Positions 60,601-64,000 of a stretch of DNA of 64,000 nucleotides are shown here, piece by piece. Below the pieces are notes generated by a model that was given only the letters and a program-made list of their open reading frames with translations, did not search any database and was not told where the DNA came from. Source of the stretch: Azolla caroliniana. Lineage: Eukaryota; Plantae; Polypodiophyta. The stretch covers positions 6,572,001 through 6,636,000 of the forward strand of contig JBHGNT010000016.1 of assembly GCA_043228905.1 (NCBI GenBank). Reading direction: 5' to 3'. A program made the translations under genes and the position numbers. Within the stretch, counting starts at the first letter, position 1; the number at the start of each line of letters is the position of its first letter.

Positions 60601-63600
60601 CCATCCGGCCTGATTGCCTCGTCCCTTTTCTCCACCGGGCATCCCTTGATCGGGATGTCGTCTAAGAACGGCATGGTGATGTCCGGGATACAATCCCTGA
60701 GCACTTTGTTCATCGCGTTCACCATGTGAGCCACTGAGTTCGTCCCTCCTTGTGGCAGAGTACACATCCGCACTAGGCCGAGAGGAGTTCGCATCGTCAT
60801 AATGTCTCTGCTCTCCACGGCTAGTTGGAACTAATCGTACCCCGAGTACAGATCACCGACAGAATAGATCGACCTTCCGGCGAAGGCCTCTGCGAACTCG
60901 TCTATGGTCGGTCTAATCCCTGCATTACGGATGGTCACCTTGTTGACCGGTTGTAGGTCCTGGATGAAGCGCAGCGTGCCGTTCTTCTTTGGCACTGTAA
61001 ACCACCGATTCGAATACGGGGCACTCGACGGTTCGAGGATGCCCATATCCACCTTTTGCTTTAGGAGCTCCATCAACTTTGGGATGTGAGCTCTTGGCAC
61101 CGGAATCGGCTTGAGATTCCACGGTACATGCGGTACCGTGAAGATCACCATCGTTTCGACAGCTATCGGGTCTACGCACCCGATCTCCTCCGGTGAGAAT
61201 GCGAAAGCCTTCCCGTGCCTTCCGAGCATTCTCCGAAACCGATCCTCCTCTGCCGACAGTAGGAAGCCGCCCCCACCGACCTTGAGCTCCCGTAGCGTTA
61301 TGTCGGTGAACCGGTGCCCTATGCCAGCCGGATCCCGTAAACTTGGGTCCGACGCGACCCCTTTCATCCGCTCCTCGTTGCCCTCCGGCAAGGGTGCCGC
61401 GACTGGCCTCACCTTCCGGTCTACAGTCTTGTATTTCATATCCACGCGGGCCGTCAGATCTGACCCGATCCTTTCCCCGAAGTCCGCGATGACTTCGTAC
61501 ATTCCCATCGATCCTACCGGAATGGTCCGGTCTTCTCTAAGGTCTTCATCGATCACCTTTCGTAGTTCTCCCAAGGTGTCATCAAAAGAGACCGCCTCCA
61601 CGGCGCTGCTGATGTCTTCGTCGGGGAAGAGGACTCCACATCCCTTGAGCCGCTCCTCCGCTCGCTTCCTCTCCCGGCCGCTGACGCTGGTTATAGTACA
61701 ACCTCTGTTGTCGGAGAACCAAAACTTCCTACCCATGGTACAAGTCTTCTTCCGTACTGTACATTTGTGGGGTTGTTTCCGGGAGTCCGGACTATCGCGG
61801 CCCTACGCCTTGATAGCCCTCTCTAAAAATCCCCTCGAGCTTCGCTGTCGAGGGCCTCGCGGTTACGCTCGTGGTTTGGTCTCACCGTTAGGAACTGGAC
61901 CGAGTGGCGCCCGTCCTGGCTTTCAACTCTTGCATAGGCTGAACCATTGTCCAACACCTTGGTCTCCATCCGTGCCGCTGTGATATATGGTTCTCCTAGT
62001 ATAACTGGATGTGAGGACGTCTCCTGTACGAAGAAGTGTTGGTCGATCTCGACATCGTCGATTTTCACCCGTACGTTTGGACAGGCCCCGTGTAGTTCCT
62101 CCGTGGCACGCATCGCTGCCCGTATCTTCCAGTCGTGCTTGGTGTTGATCGGCCATTTACCCTTCTTGTAGAAATCCATGGACATCAGGTTGATTTCGGA
62201 TCCATGGTCTACCAACGCCACCACCGGTTCCAGAACGTTGCCGATCCGTACAGGGGTTTCCGTATTCGCCCTGGCCCAATGCGGCTTCGTGTAGTGGCTT
62301 CCCGCCAGCTCGTCTTCCAAGGCTTCGTCTTCCAAGGCTTCGTCTTCCAGGTCCGTGGTCTGCACCTCCACCGGCTTCCCCGGTTCCGGCTCTGTCGAGA
62401 GCCTCTTACGCTTCACCAAGTCTACGATAGAGTCGTGGAACTCCCTCTTGGCGATCCCCAGCACCTCCCGCAACGACAGCTCCACTTTACTGTCGAGGAT
62501 TCGCTCTTCAAGGACCTTCTGTAGGTCCGTTGCTCTCTCAATTTCGGTGCTCAACCGAAACCCCGCCTGCTTCTTTCCCATCCGGCATGCCTGGGTTGCC
62601 GGCACCGGGTCTCATACCTCGGGGGCCCGACCCCTTAGGCCTTTCCTGCCCGTTTGTCCTCCACCAGAACCTTGTAGTTCTGGCAAGTGGCTTCTACGAA
62701 ACCCGTTTTCTCTTCCACCCAATCGTCCCAACCGGTGACCTCATGAACCCACTGTTCCGCACGGTCCACCTCTTCCCTCCTCAGCCGAACTCCGGAGAGG
62801 CCTTCCAGCACTAGCGGCCAAAATCCGGAGTCCTTCGCCCAATCCGTTTTACCACAGCCCAATCCGTCGTGAGCCCTTCGTCCGTTTCCAGTTGGGGACC
62901 CACCTTTTCCCTGTCGAGCGCATCCACCGACTTGACAAATAGCAGCACTCGACTCGTTTCGAGCACCGTCCGGTCCAGCGTCGAAAGCCACGCGAACCGT
63001 TTTTCGAACTCCTGGAGGAGCACTGACGTGTTCCTCCCTTTTCCGGGGGGCTTTCCACCCACACCATGAAGTCCCGCCTTGACAGCCGGAGCGAGTCGTC
63101 AAACCCGTACTTCTCAAGCTGCAGCTCGAACTCCTCCCAAGTCTGGCATCCGGCCAGCACCTCGAGCACCTCCGCATGGATGCCCGTCATCACCACCCGA
63201 GGGAATCCGGACAACCGCCTGTCCACCGGGATATCCCTCATGATCATTTCGGCCCGGTAAGCCTCCAAATAACTTGTGGCATCTTTCCCTCCGAAACGGC
63301 CTATAGAGCCGACGATCGATTCAATGGCTCTGTCGAGGGTACCCGTTCCCTCACGAGCGCTCACCAACTGGTCGACGGCCACCGCCATTGCCTTTGCTAG
63401 CTCTGATCCCCTCATCTTTCGACTCCTTTGCCGCCATGTTCACGTCGGGTTCACCAAAGATGTCGCGTTGTTACGCGCGTACGTGTAGAAAGGGGCGGGA
63501 CCACAGGGGGTCTTGGACCGAGGAGCGAGAGAGAGAGAAAGATTCACCGACCCGTAGAAGCAAGAAAGAGAGAGACAGAACACAACACATAATTATAATG

Positions 63601-64000
63601 ACAGAGATTACAAACTCCGACGCTTACACCCGACAAGCGGTGACAGACCCGACACAGGGACCCTACTCATGCACACCGACGACAGCCACCCGACTCGAGG
63701 AAACGAAAAGGGGTTAAGGGGAGTGACTCTACTGGAAGCACACGGGCTGTCCACGAAGCAGAGGCAGCGACCTCCCGACACATGCAGAGAGCGACAATTC
63801 GAGAGCAGTAGAGAGATAGCTCGGGCCTCCGTTCTGCAGCAACCTCCTTCTTCCTCCTCGTGCGCGATATCCTTCTTCTCTTGTCAAGTCCCTTTTTATT
63901 CCCTATCCTCCCCTCCGTCTGACAGAGATACGCACAATCCCCTGATAAATGCGTGCCGCCTCGTATTTCACCCACCGATCTGTTTATGAATCGGGTAAAA
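57628..64000 (-). mobile_element. GC-rich non-chromovirus Ty3/Gypsy element (Ylt1/Selgy-like by inference); 5' LTR runs off the right edge
   Basis: LTRs 57628-58268 and 63461-64000+; PBS 63439-63456 complementary to the tRNA-Trp 3' end; PPT GGTGGGGGTGGA 58269-58280; protease LVDHGSEINLM, RT PFLDDI, RNase H, integrase, GPY motif. Confidence 0.95.

Overview
Eukaryotic, repeat-dense plant nuclear DNA. A fern or other non-seed vascular plant is most likely (inferred from the PLS-PPR style, RTEX LINEs and non-seed-plant Gypsy types). Most of the window is nested transposons, many with readable boundaries. These include Copia and Gypsy LTR elements with PBS, PPT and TSDs, a full-length L1 LINE (19455-33796) carrying a Copia and an RTEX LINE inside it, a second L1, RTEX remnants, hAT elements and Mutator-like MITEs. 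One intact host gene is visible: a two-exon membrane-anchored MpaB/DUF2236 (Lcp-related) oxygenase-like gene. There are also GDSL-lipase and PPR fragments and a decayed mitochondrial-type tRNA-Lys. The most unusual signals are (i) an antisense tRNA-like A-box/B-box cassette with identical spacing in three diverged LTRs, (ii) the MpaB-like gene as a horizontal-transfer candidate, (iii) a Copia polyprotein tail built from a duplicated PPT/U3 segment, plus a conserved hairpin switch around the PPT, (iv) a GDSL fragment enclosed by hAT ends, and (v) a tRNA-Trp-primed Gypsy with a putative -1 frameshift after the protease. All coordinates and comparisons were made by eye; no database searches were run.
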